64,000 nucleotides of DNA. Origin: Cyanobacteria bacterium P01_A01_bin.123 (GTDB lineage: Bacteria > Cyanobacteriota > Cyanobacteriia > Phormidesmidales > Phormidesmidaceae). The notes under the pieces were generated by a model that searched no databases, was not told where the DNA came from, and was given only the letters and a program-made list of their open reading frames with translations. The position numbers were made by a program, and so were the translations under genes. The stretch is from NCBI GenBank assembly GCA_039815185.1, contig JBCBZT010000010.1, forward strand, positions 96,001 to 160,000, given 5' to 3'. Positions 50,325 through 61,807 of this stretch are shown one piece after another (within the stretch, counting starts at the first letter, position 1; the number at the start of each line of letters is the position of its first letter).

Positions 50325-52499
50325 ATGAGTGGAAATGAAGCCCGTGTTCAAGCAGTTCATGAGATCACAAATCGAGAGTTGATGCCGCCTAAAGCCCCAG
50401 GGAGCTTGGCAGATATGTGGGCAGAAAATGTCTTCAATCTGAGTAAGATGCAGGCGCGTCTACCAAAGGCTGTTTTCAAGTCGATCAAGAAAACGATCGT
50501 CACGGGTGAAAAGCTTGATCCTTCTGTTGCAGATGCGGTTGCTACCGCCATGAAGGATTGGGCAATAGCAAAGGGGGCACTCTACTATGCACACGTGTTT
50601 TACCCCATGACCAACCTGACTGCAGAGAAACACGATGGCTTCATCTCAGTACAGGGAGATGGTACTGTCATTTCGGAATTTTCTGGCAAGTTGCTAGTAC
50701 AAGGGGAGCCGGATGGATCTTCGTTTCCCAATGGTGGGATTCGCGGCACCTTTGAAGCGCGGGGCTATACCGCCTGGGATGTGACTAGCCCTGCCTATGT
50801 GATGGAAACGGACAATGGGGCAACGTTGTGCATCCCCACGGTTTTTGTGTCGTGGACGGGTGAAGCCCTGGATAAAAAAGTGCCGCTCTTGCGCTCCATT
50901 TCAGCAATGGATAAGGCCGCCAATAAGGTCTTAAAACTCTTGGGCAACACCGACATTGCCCATGTGAACTCTAGCTGTGGTGCTGAGCAAGAGTATTTTT
51001 TAGTGGACACTAACTTTGCTAGCCAGCGGCCCGATCTCCTTCTAGCGGGACGAACACTATTTGGTAAAGCACCGGCTAAAGGGCAAGAATTTGATGACCA
51101 CTACTTTGGTGCAATTCCAGAGCGGGTTCAAGTCTTTATGCAGGATGTTGAGGAGACCCTTTACAAGCTTGGCATTCCCGCGAAAACCAGACACAACGAG
51201 GTTGCCCCAGGACAGTTTGAGATTGCCCCTTATTTTGAAGCGGCAAACGTGGCCAGTGATCACCAGCAGATGATCATGACTGTTCTCAAGCACACGGCTA
51301 AAAAGCATGGTTTCATGTGCCTGCTCCACGAAAAGCCGTTTGCCGGCATCAACGGGTCTGGGAAACACGTCAACTGGTCTGTGGGGAACGCCACCCAGGG
51401 AAATCTGCTTGATCCAGGCGATTCTCCCCACGAGAACGCCCAGTTTTTGGTCTTTTGTGGGGCCGTGATTCGGGGAGTTCACAAGTATGGCCCATTGATG
51501 CGGGCTGCCATTGCCACCGCCAGCAATGACCACCGCCTAGGGGCCAATGAAGCGCCACCAGCCATTATGTCTGTTTACCTAGGCACACAGCTGGAAGAAG
51601 TTTTTGAGCAGATTAAAGCTGGAAACCTAACCGATTCGAAGCACAAAGGGGTGATGGATTTGGGCATTGATGTCTTGCCGCCGCTCACCAAAGACCCGGG
51701 TGATAGAAACCGCACCTCGCCCTTTGCGTTTACCGGCAATCGGTTTGAATTCCGAGCGGTGGGTTCAAACCAATCGGTGTCGGGGCCCTTAATTGTGCTG
51801 AATACGATGCTGGCTGATTCCCTAGACTGGGTCGGCAACCGCCTGGAAGCGGAACTCTCTAAGGGCGCAGAGCTTAATACTGCTATTCGCACCGTGCTGA
51901 AAGAAGTGATGGAAGAACACGGTGCAGTTGTCTTTGGCGGTAATGGCTACTCCGAAGAATGGCACAAGATGGCGGTGGAAGAGCGCGGCTTGGCCAACTT
52001 GCCGACAACCGCAGATGCCCTACCGTTCCTCAAGGCAGAGTTTGTCGAAGATCTGTTCAAGAAGACCGGGGTGCTGACGCCAGTTGAGTTGGAAAGCCGC
52101 TTTGAAGTCTATGCAGAGCAGTACATTTTGGCCATTGAGGTCGAAGCCAAACTTGTGCTTGACATGGCCAAGACCACGATTTATCCAGCAGCTATTGAAT
52201 ACTTATCTAAGCTATCCTCAACCATTGCGAGTTTAAGTGGCTTAGGAATTGCGCTTGAAAAAGAGAGTGCTGAGAAGGCTGCCGCGTTGACAAATTCGAT
52301 GGTTGAAGCGAGTGGTAAGTTGAGTGCAGCCCTAGAGAAGCATGATTTTGCATCAACTGAAGAGACCATGCAGTATTGTGCAACCACCATTCGTCCTTTG
52401 ATGGATGGGGTTCGCGAATATGCGGATGCCCTTGAAGGTGAGATTGCTGATAGCTTCTGGCCTTTGCCAACTTATCAAGAAATGCTGTTCGTCAAGTAG
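50325..52499 (+). CDS. glnN: Glutamine synthetase type III
   Basis: 724 aa; [63 protein letters not shown]. Confidence 0.97.
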   Translation: MSGNEARVQAVHEITNRELMPPKAPGSLADMWAENVFNLSKMQARLPKAVFKSIKKTIVTGEKLDPSVADAVATAMKDWAIAKGALYYAHVFYPMTNLTAEKHDGFISVQGDGTVISEFSGKLLVQGEPDGSSFPNGGIRGTFEARGYTAWDVTSPAYVMETDNGATLCIPTVFVSWTGEALDKKVPLLRSISAMDKAANKVLKLLGNTDIAHVNSSCGAEQEYFLVDTNFASQRPDLLLAGRTLFGKAPAKGQEFDDHYFGAIPERVQVFMQDVEETLYKLGIPAKTRHNEVAPGQFEIAPYFEAANVASDHQQMIMTVLKHTAKKHGFMCLLHEKPFAGINGSGKHVNWSVGNATQGNLLDPGDSPHENAQFLVFCGAVIRGVHKYGPLMRAAIATASNDHRLGANEAPPAIMSVYLGTQLEEVFEQIKAGNLTDSKHKGVMDLGIDVLPPLTKDPGDRNRTSPFAFTGNRFEFRAVGSNQSVSGPLIVLNTMLADSLDWVGNRLEAELSKGAELNTAIRTVLKEVMEEHGAVVFGGNGYSEEWHKMAVEERGLANLPTTADALPFLKAEFVEDLFKKTGVLTPVELESRFEVYAEQYILAIEVEAKLVLDMAKTTIYPAAIEYLSKLSSTIASLSGLGIALEKESAEKAAALTNSMVEASGKLSAALEKHDFASTEETMQYCATTIRPLMDGVREYADALEGEIADSFWPLPTYQEMLFVK

Positions 52500-52565
52500 C
52501 ATTCTGGTTGATATGGCTTGGCAACATTTTCACTTGAGGAAGGAGATTACCTTGCCTTAAGTTTT

Positions 52566-52706
52566 AGAAGTTGCTTTAAAGGTATCGATGATTACCTGAG
52601 CCGCCCCCTGCCCCCCAATTCTGGGGGGTTCTGAATTTCAAAGTCCCCAGAATTGGGAGATGTAGGGGGCGAATGCAGCACACTGGGAACTTCTCAAACA
52701 ACCTCT
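52566..52706. repeat. MITE-like palindromic element
   Basis: Ends AGAAGTTGCTTT / TCAAACAACCTCT; core CCCCCCAATTCTGGGG...CCCCAGAATTGGG. Confidence 0.65.
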
Positions 52707-52828
52707 TGGCCTATTTTTGAGATGTGCAACGTTTTATATTTTTTGTTGTTCCTAGTGAACTTTAATACAAATCCGTCAGTTTTCTATTTCTACTATGGTG
52801 GGCATAGAACTACAAATATGATTTTGCA

Positions 52829-53794
52829 ATGAAACCTAAATCTGTGAATGGGCATAAATCTAAACCTGCGATCGCAGAGAATGATCTTTCAGCAAAAAAA
52901 AACAAAAAGAAAGATAAGAAACAAGACCCCAAAAAAACTAAACGCCAGAAAAAAGCTAATCTCAAAAACTCAGAACGAAGCGTGTTCCGCCATATTTCTG
53001 AGTCCGAGGGCAGCTCTAAGCTGCCTAAAAAAGCCTATGAGAAAGAGCTTGCTCGTCTGCAATTAGAACTGGTGAAGATGCAGTATTGGGTGAAGCATAC
53101 GGGCACCCGCATTGTCATTTTATTTGAAGGCCGTGATGCTGCAGGTAAGGGTGGCACAATTAAACGCATTACGGAGCCCTTAAATCCTAGGGGGTGTCGC
53201 GTGGTGGCCTTGGCGACGCCGAGCGATCGCGAAAAGACGCAATGGTATTTCCAGCGTTATGTCGCCCATCTGCCTGCTGCGGGTGAAATTGTTTGTTTTG
53301 ATCGCAGCTGGTACAACCGGGCTGGGGTAGAGCATGTGATGGGGTTTTGTACTGATGAGCAGTATCAGGAATTTATGGAAACCTGTCCAGAATTTGAGCG
53401 AATGTTGGTCAAATCTGGCATTATTCTGCTGAAGTATTGGTTTTCTGTCAGCGATGAAGAGCAGGAGCGTCGCTTCCAATCGCGCACGATTGATCCGGCT
53501 CGTCGCTGGAAGCTCAGCCCAATGGATTTAGAATCGCGCGATCGCTGGGCGGAATATTCCCAAGCTAAAGACACCATGTTTGCCCACACCAACATTCCTG
53601 AAGCACCCTGGTTTACAGTGGAAGCCGATGACAAGAAGCGGGCTCGGCTCAACTGCATCAATCATGTTCTAAGCAAGGTTCCTTACGAAGATATGACGCC
53701 TGAAGCTTTAGAGTTGCCACCCCGCAAGAGCGCTCCCCAAGACTATGTGCGCCCCCCTCTGAATGAGCAATTCTTTGTGCCTCAGGTGTATTAA
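52829..53794 (+). CDS. ppk2: Polyphosphate kinase 2
   Basis: FEGRDAAGKGG, QWYFQRY, FDRSWYNR, WKLSPMD. Confidence 0.96.
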   Translation: MKPKSVNGHKSKPAIAENDLSAKKNKKKDKKQDPKKTKRQKKANLKNSERSVFRHISESEGSSKLPKKAYEKELARLQLELVKMQYWVKHTGTRIVILFEGRDAAGKGGTIKRITEPLNPRGCRVVALATPSDREKTQWYFQRYVAHLPAAGEIVCFDRSWYNRAGVEHVMGFCTDEQYQEFMETCPEFERMLVKSGIILLKYWFSVSDEEQERRFQSRTIDPARRWKLSPMDLESRDRWAEYSQAKDTMFAHTNIPEAPWFTVEADDKKRARLNCINHVLSKVPYEDMTPEALELPPRKSAPQDYVRPPLNEQFFVPQVY

Positions 53795-53826
53795 CCCCCT
53801 GTATCAAACCCTTCTCAGTCCAGACC

Positions 53827-53857
53827 TGGCGTTTTGCACGTGGGGAAACGCCAGTTT
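53827..53857 (+). terminator. Hairpin downstream of ppk2
   Basis: CTGGCGTTT...AAACGCCAG followed by TTTT. Confidence 0.5.
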
Positions 53858-54304
53858 TAGCGATTGTGGCGCTCGTGGGATTACGGATTTTTAGGCCGAT
53901 GCTTCGGCGAGGTGGTTACAGAATTGCGTAGTTCTGGCGAAGCTAGTTCCATAGGCAAAGGCGAGAATAGATTTAATTCTGGAGAACGCCTGCAGAGCTC
54001 ATCAAATATCCATAGGGGCAATTTTGGATTTTGGTACTTTGCTAAGGAAAGCGTCCTTACAGGTGAGCTGCCTGACCCTGGGGGCTTTATGGGGTCAGGC
54101 AATTTTTTCTTTCAACTATTGACGATATAGCGCTGGCCAGATTGCTTAATGCACCGAGTATCGCTGGGATGCTCAACACACAAGCAATCTGGCTCGCCGT
54201 AGCGCCCAAAGCTTTGTGGCTACGGCTATATCAGTAACCCCCAACCCTTGTTTGGAGACTTTGAGCCTGGCGGTTTTGAGTCACAGCATGGCGATTGGGG
54301 CATC

Positions 54305-55141
54305 CTAGAGAATCTTGTCGAGGCCATAAAGCAGAGACTTTAATGGCATGACGCGACGAATGGACAGCAACACACCCGGCATAAACGAGGCGCGATCGCT
54401 GGTGTCATGGCGCAAAGTATAGATCTGCCCAGGTGCGCCGAAAATGACTTCTTGATGGGCGATCAGGCCGGGTAGACGCACACTATGGATACGGATGCCG
54501 TCCTGAGTAGTGCTGCCCCGTGCCCCAGCCATGTGCTCAGTTTCTTCAACCTCAGTTGGGTTATAGGGTTTCTGCAGTTGCGACAGCATTTGGGCAGTTT
54601 GCACGGCGGTGCCGCTAGGGGCGTCGGCTTTTTGGTTATGGTGCAGTTCAATGATTTCAACGTGCTCAAAATATTGAGCAGCTTGTAGGGCCGCCTGCTG
54701 CATCAGCACCACCCCGATCGAGAAATTAGGGACGATTAAACAGCCAATGCTGGCTTTGTCAGCAAATTCTGCTAAATCTTTAATTTGATCGGCACTTAAC
54801 CCCGTAGTGCCGATGACCGGACGCACCCCATAGGCGATCGCGGCCCGTGTATTGTTGTACACCGAGTCTGGGTGGGTAAAGTCGACCATGACCGCTTGCC
54901 CTTCTGATTGGGCCATCACTAGGGTAGCTTCGAGGTCGTTGAGTACAGGCACTTCTAAAGCACCACAACCGACGATTTCACCAATGTCTTGGCCGATCAG
55001 AGCAGGGTTGCGTTCAATAGCACCGACTAGGGTCAGGTCTTCAGCTTGAGAGACGGCTTTGATGACTTCCCGCCCCATCTTGCCGCAGGCTCCGTTCACC
55101 ACGACAGGAATCTTTGCGGGGAGCTGTGTTTGAGTTGTCAT
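54305..55141 (-). CDS. dapB: 4-hydroxy-tetrahydrodipicolinate reductase
   Basis: [38 protein letters not shown]. Confidence 0.97.
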   Translation of the reverse strand: MTTQTQLPAKIPVVVNGACGKMGREVIKAVSQAEDLTLVGAIERNPALIGQDIGEIVGCGALEVPVLNDLEATLVMAQSEGQAVMVDFTHPDSVYNNTRAAIAYGVRPVIGTTGLSADQIKDLAEFADKASIGCLIVPNFSIGVVLMQQAALQAAQYFEHVEIIELHHNQKADAPSGTAVQTAQMLSQLQKPYNPTEVEETEHMAGARGSTTQDGIRIHSVRLPGLIAHQEVIFGAPGQIYTLRHDTSDRASFMPGVLLSIRRVMPLKSLLYGLDKIL

Positions 55142-55353
55142 GTCGATCTTGGTGTTTTATACGAATCAAAGTTGGGTCAGTGACAGCCTATGAGTCTGAG
55201 GCAGCCCCCTTTTTGAAAGGAGGCAATCTCGACAGAGCTTCCATCCGTAGCGCCACTGTCGAGATTGATATAACAAGCGCATTGTAGACCACTCTGCCAA
55301 ACTCTCTGAGTTTGCTGGGAAATAAACCTCGCTGAGTTTGCTAGGGATAAAAC

Positions 55354-56370
55354 TCATGCGGTTTGCTTGTGGGTTCCCATTAAATACAGCAGCGCCATCC
55401 GCACCGCCACGCCGCTGGTGACCTGGTGAGACACCAAACTCAGCGCGGGGTCATCCATCAAATCTGAGCTAATTTCAACCCCCCGATTAGCGGGACCGGG
55501 GTGCAGCACTTTGACATTGGGATGGCAGCAGTTCAAGCGATCGCGGGTGAGCCCAAACTGCTGATGATATTCACGCAAACTGGGGAGCAAATGCTGGGTC
55601 ATACGTTCCCGCTGGAGACGTAGGGTCATGACAAAGTCGGCATTTTCTAACGCAGGCTCAATCTGCCAATGGACAGTAACGTTTCGCTTGAGGGTTCCTT
55701 CAGGCATGGTTAAGGGTTGGCTGAAAGCTTGGGCAAAGGCGGCGGGTAACAAAGTCGGCGGTGCCGCCAGATGTACCTCTGCCCCGCAGGCAGTCAAACA
55801 CCAGAGGTTGGAGCGAGCCACACGAGAATGAAGAATATCACCCACGATGGCAATTTTTTTCCCTTGTAGCGTACCCATGCTGGGGGCATCTGGAGCCAGA
55901 CTAAGACACAGAGTAAACAGGTCTAACAGAGCTTGAGTCGGATGTTCGTGCTGACCATCCCCGGCATTGAGCACCCCGACTCCGGTTCCCAAGCGCTCCA
56001 TTTCTTCAGCGATCGCTAGGGGAACTCCCGCTTCTCGGTGACGAATCACCATCAGATCAGTCCCCATCGCCAGATAGGTTTTAGCCGTATCTAAAATCGT
56101 TTCTCCTTTCGTCAAAGATGAGGTGCTGGGGGAAAAATTCAGCACATCAGCCGACAATCGCTTTGCCGCCAGCTCAAAGCTGCTACGGGTTCGGGTAGAG
56201 GGTTCAAAAAACATATTTGTCACCACCTGCCCCTGCAAAGCTGGCACTTTTTTGGTGCGTCGAGACAGCACTTCGCGAAAACTCACCGCCGTCTGTACGA
56301 CAGTCTCACACTCCTCTGGCAGAAAATCCGCTAGGGAAATTACGTGGTGACGGTTCCACACCGAAGTCAT
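55354..56370 (-). CDS. pyrB: Aspartate carbamoyltransferase catalytic subunit
   Basis: [44 protein letters not shown]. Confidence 0.97.
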   Translation of the reverse strand: MTSVWNRHHVISLADFLPEECETVVQTAVSFREVLSRRTKKVPALQGQVVTNMFFEPSTRTRSSFELAAKRLSADVLNFSPSTSSLTKGETILDTAKTYLAMGTDLMVIRHREAGVPLAIAEEMERLGTGVGVLNAGDGQHEHPTQALLDLFTLCLSLAPDAPSMGTLQGKKIAIVGDILHSRVARSNLWCLTACGAEVHLAAPPTLLPAAFAQAFSQPLTMPEGTLKRNVTVHWQIEPALENADFVMTLRLQRERMTQHLLPSLREYHQQFGLTRDRLNCCHPNVKVLHPGPANRGVEISSDLMDDPALSLVSHQVTSGVAVRMALLYLMGTHKQTA

Positions 56371-56658
56371 CGCTTGTCTTTGAACTCCCCGCAGAGACTG
56401 ACTCTACAGAATTACAGCCAAGATTACCAGAAAGCAGTCAAAAAAAGGAACAAGCATAGCAATCGCCACAAAGGTCAAGACGCTAGACGAAGGACATGCT
56501 CGATTGCCTCATGCAGCGTCGGGAATCGAACCCACGGTAAAATTACATTCATGGGCAATGTTATCAACAATAGTGGATAGAGTCCCTAGAATTATGCGTA
56601 TCATTACAACACCAGAAACTTTGAAAATTAGAATGAAACCTTTAGGGTGATTCAAGGT

Positions 56659-57549
56659 ATGTCAACATTAATAACGGACTCACTTGTTAAATATAAAACC
56701 CTGCCTCTATGGACGGAAACCACTCTACCAGAGACGTTTCAAACCAGCCACAACACAAAACCAGGTACTTGGGCAAAAATAATAGTAGAAGCAGGCAAAT
56801 TGCAATTCGATATTTTGGATGAATCTGGGAAGATTCTATCCACAGAAATTGTTACCTCACAATACACAGATTTTTTTGTGAAACCTGGTGCTTGGCATAA
56901 GGTGATGCCCTTAGGGGAACTACGCTGTTTTTTAGAGTTTTATTGTCGTCCCGAAGATTACTATCAAAAGAAATATCATTTTGCTGCTCCTCACCGTGAT
57001 GTTCAAGCCCTGGTTCAAGGGCATTTAGCATCTCAGAAAACCATCGACATCTTAGATTTAGGCTGTGGAAAAGGTCGAAACGCAACTTATTTACAGACTC
57101 AAGGTCATCGAGTAACAGCACTGGATAAGAATGCCAATGCAATTAAGAATTTACAAGAAGTGATTCAAAAGGAGAATGCCGAGAATACATTTCAAGCTCA
57201 TGTATACGATATTGAAGCAGCAGCTATTAATAATAACTACGATCTGATTATTTCCACTGTTGTTTTTCAGTTCTTAAGGCGTAATACTCTGGCCTCTGTG
57301 ATTGAAAATATGCAAGCCCAAACAAACTCCGATGGCTATCATTTTATAATCGCGCCTGTGTCTTCGTCGGAGTTGCCTTGTCCCATTGATTTTCCATCGA
57401 TTTTTGCCCCTCAAGAACTGCATGGCCATTACGCCCATTGGAAAATATGTGAGTATAAAGAGCAATTGGGAACGTTTCATCGCAAAGACAGCAATGGCAA
57501 GCCTATCGAAACAATGTTTGCAACTCTGCTAGCTCAGAAAACAGCTTGA
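56659..57549 (+). CDS. tehB: TehB-like SAM-dependent methyltransferase with N-terminal DUF1971-like cupin
   Basis: HNTKPGTWAKI...WHKV...LEFY; LDLGCGKGRN; STVVFQFL; FATLLAQK. Confidence 0.85.
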   Translation: MSTLITDSLVKYKTLPLWTETTLPETFQTSHNTKPGTWAKIIVEAGKLQFDILDESGKILSTEIVTSQYTDFFVKPGAWHKVMPLGELRCFLEFYCRPEDYYQKKYHFAAPHRDVQALVQGHLASQKTIDILDLGCGKGRNATYLQTQGHRVTALDKNANAIKNLQEVIQKENAENTFQAHVYDIEAAAINNNYDLIISTVVFQFLRRNTLASVIENMQAQTNSDGYHFIIAPVSSSELPCPIDFPSIFAPQELHGHYAHWKICEYKEQLGTFHRKDSNGKPIETMFATLLAQKTA

Positions 57550-57643
57550 ACTGTCAGTCTGAACCCACTCACAACTGAGACAGTATTATCGATGTAGCCC
57601 AAGACTCTGAATAATCTATCCCCCTTCAGCGACAGCAAACTCT

Positions 57644-58861
57644 ATGCCCCAATACGATTTAGTTGTGCTTGGTACAACAGGTTTCGTTGGCCAGATTCTC
57701 TGCCAATACCTGCTCCAACAGATCACAGGTGGAATGAAATGGGCGATCGCGGGTCGCTCCAGAGCTAAATTAGCCAAACTCATTACCTCATTGGGGCAAA
57801 GGGCAGCTAATTTGCCCTATCTAATTGCTGATGTCACCGATGAAGCAAGCCTGCATGCCCTGTGTGCCAAAACCCAAGTGGTCATTTCCACAGTTGGCCC
57901 ATACGCACTTTATGGTGAACCCTTAATCAAAATTTGTGCGTCAACAGGCACCGACTACTGCGATTTGACTGGCGAACCTCAGTGGATACGCCGGATGATT
58001 CAATCCTACGAACCAATCGCCCAGAGCTCAGGAGCTCGCATTATCCATTGCTGTGGATTTGATTCGATTCCGTCTGATCTCGGCGTTTATTACTTGCAAC
58101 AACAAGCACGCCAACAATTTGGACAACCTTGCGATCGCGTCAAGATGCGAGTGCAAGAAGTCCAAGGAGGAATTTCCGGGGGGACAGCGGCTAGCGGCAT
58201 CAACTTGATCAAAGAAGCCATTACCAATCCAGAGCTTCGTCAGGAATTAGCGAATCCTTACTCACTTTGTCCAGAGAGTAAGCAGAGTAGTAACGATCCA
58301 CCCACGCTCATTCCTGTTCAATACGATGAGGATTTTCAAGGATGGGTATCACCTTTTGTGATGGCTGAGGTCAATACCCGCATTGTGTTGCGTTCTAATA
58401 CGCTACTGGATTGTGCCTACGGCCCTCACTTTCACTACGATGAAGCCATTTTCACAGGGTCTGGCGTTATGGGTTGGATGACGGCACAAGGCCTCAAGTT
58501 GGGGCTAGATGGAACTGCCTTGGCAGTAGCATTGCCCCCCACTCGTTGGCTTTTGGAAAATACACTCGTTCCCAAATCTGGCCAAGGACCGAGTCAAACA
58601 GTTCAAGAACAAGGTTTCTATGCGTTGGAATTTTATGGGGTTACAGCTACGGGAAAGAAGATTCAGGTTAAGGTCACAGGCGATCGCGACCCTGGTTATG
58701 GATCGACAGCCAAGATCTTAGGGCAAGTAGGGCTATGTCTAGCACAGGATTTTCCCAAATCTGCTAAGGCAGGTGGGTTTTGGACTCCAGCTTCCATGTT
58801 TGGTAAAACATTGATTGCACGTCTGGAGCAATTTGCAGGATTGACTTTTCAGCGGATCTAG
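57644..58861 (+). CDS. Saccharopine dehydrogenase-like / trans-acting enoyl reductase family oxidoreductase
   Basis: GTTGFVG, STVGPYALYG, YCDLTGE, CGFDSIPSDLG, DPGYGSTA. Confidence 0.9.
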   Translation: MPQYDLVVLGTTGFVGQILCQYLLQQITGGMKWAIAGRSRAKLAKLITSLGQRAANLPYLIADVTDEASLHALCAKTQVVISTVGPYALYGEPLIKICASTGTDYCDLTGEPQWIRRMIQSYEPIAQSSGARIIHCCGFDSIPSDLGVYYLQQQARQQFGQPCDRVKMRVQEVQGGISGGTAASGINLIKEAITNPELRQELANPYSLCPESKQSSNDPPTLIPVQYDEDFQGWVSPFVMAEVNTRIVLRSNTLLDCAYGPHFHYDEAIFTGSGVMGWMTAQGLKLGLDGTALAVALPPTRWLLENTLVPKSGQGPSQTVQEQGFYALEFYGVTATGKKIQVKVTGDRDPGYGSTAKILGQVGLCLAQDFPKSAKAGGFWTPASMFGKTLIARLEQFAGLTFQRI

Positions 58862-58937
58862 AGACTACAGTAGAGGGAACGCACAAGGGGAGTATTGGCT
58901 ATTTGATAATCAGCTCAGCTTATTGATAAAAACACCA

Positions 58938-59099
58938 ACAGCACCCAGAACGGCTTTTTTAGATATTTCCTCATAATTTACCAAGCCTATATAGAGGTGC
59001 TTAAATATAGTCAAATTAGAACTATTCGTTCCACTATATTCTTTGCATTGCTCTCAGCTAAAACAAATAGGAAATATCAAAAAGCTGATTGGGTGCTGT
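58938..59099. repeat. About 160-bp element bounded by about 32-bp imperfect inverted repeats
   Basis: ACAGCACCCAgaacggCTTTTTtaGATATTTCCT versus AGGAAATATCAAAAAGctgatTGGGTGCTGT. Confidence 0.55.
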
Positions 59100-59388
59100 C
59101 ACGTTTTGCGAATCTATATCAGACGTTAAATCGATGTCTAACCTCCTTTCTAATGTTGACTGAGTAACTGGCTCGAACTCGAAGCTGTTCACTTCCTATT
59201 TATTAGAGTACTCCCCAAAAAGACTAATTTCCAAGCCTGATACTAAAGTTTATACTTTCGCTTTCCTCGAATTAAAAGCATAAGTAAACCTCAATGAATT
59301 CTCACGTTTTCGATGACTTCAGTCGATATAGGAATACAAATGGGTTCTTCACATCCAACGATCTACATCCTATTTTTGCAACATAGTC

Positions 59389-61584
59389 CTAGGAGCCTGT
59401 AACCATTGAAAATCTCACTTTTTCTACACCTTGAATCATCTGCAAGGCAAATTGAGCTGCCGTGAAATCATTGATTGACTGCTCCTTTGCTTGTAGTTCT
59501 TCCCTGATGCTATTCGCTAAATTCGTAATGTTTATAACACTTCCGTGATTAATCATCGGGGGTTGATTATCTTCTACAGGCATAAGATGAACTTTCCAAT
59601 CACTCATCTCTGTGCCGTCTAGCTTCCGTAACTCGCGCCATAAATTTTCATCTTCGTTATTAAAGCCAAAATTGAGTCCCTCTGGCTTAAGGGAGATATC
59701 CACCGTGCGAATGGCTCCGTCGAATAGACAAATCAAGACGTCTTCTGAGAGGCGATCGCACCTTAAAACGGTTAGCTTCTGAGCCTGGCTTATAGGTTGC
59801 TCTCCTGCGAGCAAAACTTCAGAGCCCTCGATTTGCAAATCAGGCCAGCCAGCGATCACGTCTGAGCGGATTAAACAACCGCTGATATGTTTTGCTTCGC
59901 CAGTTAGCGGCGTCTGATGGATATCTCGCGCAGCGTCAGTATCTTGTACTCGACCAATGCTGAAGGCCCCATCGAGCAGTGATTCTACCCAAAACCAATC
60001 TAAACAGAAGAATCGGATTGATTCTGACGGCAGCATCTGTTCATCGGGGACTAAATAGTTAAAGGGAACCCCGTACAATAAACCAAGTCGCTCGAACCAA
60101 GTTTGGATCTCTGTGGGAAACTCGAGCGCAGCAGAAGTCCGTTCTGTTTCAGAGAACAGATGTGGGTAGAGCGCTTGCTGACTATCTTTTGCAAGCTTTT
60201 GGGCATTGGTACGCTTCCAGTTAAATAGGCGAGTAGCGAATTGTTTATCTTGGAGGGCTAGCAGCTGACCTAGCTGCCAGGCGGCGGCGTAGGAAATGTC
60301 AAATAAACCCGTGTTCGGATTGTAGGCAATCAGCTGATCGACACTGCGTATAGCCAGTTGAGATAGGGCTAATGACGTCGGATTTTCTCCGGGAGAGAGA
60401 GGGCTATGATACCAGGAAAAGGTTTTGCCGCCCTGCCGGAGATAATGGGGGAAGGCACGATAGCCTTTGGCTAGATAGGAACCTACGTCAGGATTATCTT
60501 GGATAGAATTCTCTTGGCTGGGTAGTCTTAGTGTCTCTTTGTCGAGATTTTTAAGTAAGCCTGAAAAATTCTGTTCGGGGTTAGTGCAGGCAAAGCTCCA
60601 ACTTTTTAGCGTTACTAGACGAATGTACTCGTCATCTGTGGCGTTTTGATCGTTAAATTTTCCATTGGAATATCGGTTCTCTAAAGACACTAAATAGGCG
60701 GTGCTAGTTCCTTCTGATTTAGGAAGACGATTGCTAATTACCACAGATAAAGGTTCGCTCAAGGATTCACTATTTTCAGTGTCTCCGGTGATCTGCCGAA
60801 CGTGAGCTAGATACTCTAAATCTTCGGTCGTGGGTAGTATCTTTGCCAATAACGTCTTAGGGACATCAATGACGGTGACATTGTCGTCAACTTGTTGGCC
60901 AATTTCTAAGTCCACGCCGGGCCACTTTATCGGGCCGGTAGAGGATCGCTGTAAGTTACCCAAGGGGATAAGTTTAGTGTTTTCAGATTGAGCTAGGATG
61001 GCTTCAACTTGTGTTTCTAGTCCAGCAAAGTCACCTTCTAGTTGAGCAGATTTGCGATCGCTCGGCTCAACGATCATGGCGTCATCATCTGCTTCCTTAA
61101 GCCAGCCAATCCTGTCCGATAATAAATGCTGCCATAGTTGGTCCTTTTGAGCTTGGGTTAACTCGTTGTCTTGGGCATCACGGAGTGGAGTCTCTAAAAT
61201 ATATTCTCTCGGAATCGTACGTAAGAGTTTTTCTCCCTCGTGAATCAAAATAAGCGCCAACCAAGGAGCCTTTTGATTGTCTGGTTGCGCTAACCTTTCC
61301 CAGGGAAGCGTGCTACTTTTTAGGGCAACGTGCGATAAGACATGGGAATGATCGCCAAGGCTACCAGCAGGCGGAAACACTGCATGAATTTCTGGCTGGG
61401 TTAGCTCAAAGCGCTTGCCTTGCACCACAAAGGCAAGCTGTGTGGTGAAGTCATCCTTGTCATCAGCGACTTTGACCGTTTGTTTAACTGAAACTTTATA
61501 GTGTCCGGTGTCTAAAGCCATCTGATGGCTTTGCATGAACTGGATCTGTCCCTGGGCGTTTGGATCGATAACTTTAGTACTCAT
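59389..61584 (-). CDS. Uncharacterised 731-aa protein, partner of the DUF6603-like protein
   Basis: Long ORF with motif blocks (VFPP, TLPWER, PWLALIL, WYHSPL, FDISYAAAWQLG, GVPFNYLVP, LPSESIRFF, LLDGAFSIG, RSDVIAGWPDL); no signal peptide. Confidence 0.8.
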   Translation of the reverse strand: MSTKVIDPNAQGQIQFMQSHQMALDTGHYKVSVKQTVKVADDKDDFTTQLAFVVQGKRFELTQPEIHAVFPPAGSLGDHSHVLSHVALKSSTLPWERLAQPDNQKAPWLALILIHEGEKLLRTIPREYILETPLRDAQDNELTQAQKDQLWQHLLSDRIGWLKEADDDAMIVEPSDRKSAQLEGDFAGLETQVEAILAQSENTKLIPLGNLQRSSTGPIKWPGVDLEIGQQVDDNVTVIDVPKTLLAKILPTTEDLEYLAHVRQITGDTENSESLSEPLSVVISNRLPKSEGTSTAYLVSLENRYSNGKFNDQNATDDEYIRLVTLKSWSFACTNPEQNFSGLLKNLDKETLRLPSQENSIQDNPDVGSYLAKGYRAFPHYLRQGGKTFSWYHSPLSPGENPTSLALSQLAIRSVDQLIAYNPNTGLFDISYAAAWQLGQLLALQDKQFATRLFNWKRTNAQKLAKDSQQALYPHLFSETERTSAALEFPTEIQTWFERLGLLYGVPFNYLVPDEQMLPSESIRFFCLDWFWVESLLDGAFSIGRVQDTDAARDIHQTPLTGEAKHISGCLIRSDVIAGWPDLQIEGSEVLLAGEQPISQAQKLTVLRCDRLSEDVLICLFDGAIRTVDISLKPEGLNFGFNNEDENLWRELRKLDGTEMSDWKVHLMPVEDNQPPMINHGSVINITNLANSIREELQAKEQSINDFTAAQFALQMIQGVEKVRFSMVTGS

Positions 61585-61622
61585 TGTTCAAATTCACTGT
61601 GAGAGGGTTAAGGATCTTAGAT

Positions 61623-61782
61623 TAAATAACTTACTTGTTTCACTCATCCTCGTCGCCCTCATCCCCTAACCCCTTACTCCCAAAGGGAGAAGGGGAACCC
61701 GAAGTCCTTCTCCCTAGGGAGAAGGATTTAGGATGTAGAGCTTTGTTCTTCTCGAAGAGTGGGGCTGCCAGGATGTTATTTA
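61623..61782. repeat. MITE-like palindromic element inside the operon
   Basis: Ends TAAATAAC / GTTATTTA, inner CACTC / GAGTG, core CCCTCATCCCCTAACCCC...CCTTCTCCCTAGGGAGAAGG. Confidence 0.55.
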
Positions 61783-61807
61783 GTTGTCAGTCCCAAATGT
61801 GAAAGGT

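Noticed and set aside
53864..54130. Overlapping short ORFs on both strands between ppk2 and dapB
   Set aside because: No recognisable motif or RBS; probably spurious.
56371..56460. Possible PyrR attenuator in the pyrB leader
   Set aside because: No PyrR-binding loop consensus or terminator/antiterminator pair is visible.
56512..56537. tRNA T-arm-like sequence on the minus strand (GTGGGTTCGATTCCCGA) at the start of the more AT-rich tehB region
   Set aside because: The T-stem is imperfect and there is no D-arm, anticodon arm, matching acceptor stem or CCA; it could be an att-site relic but is unsupported without tRNAscan or BLAST.
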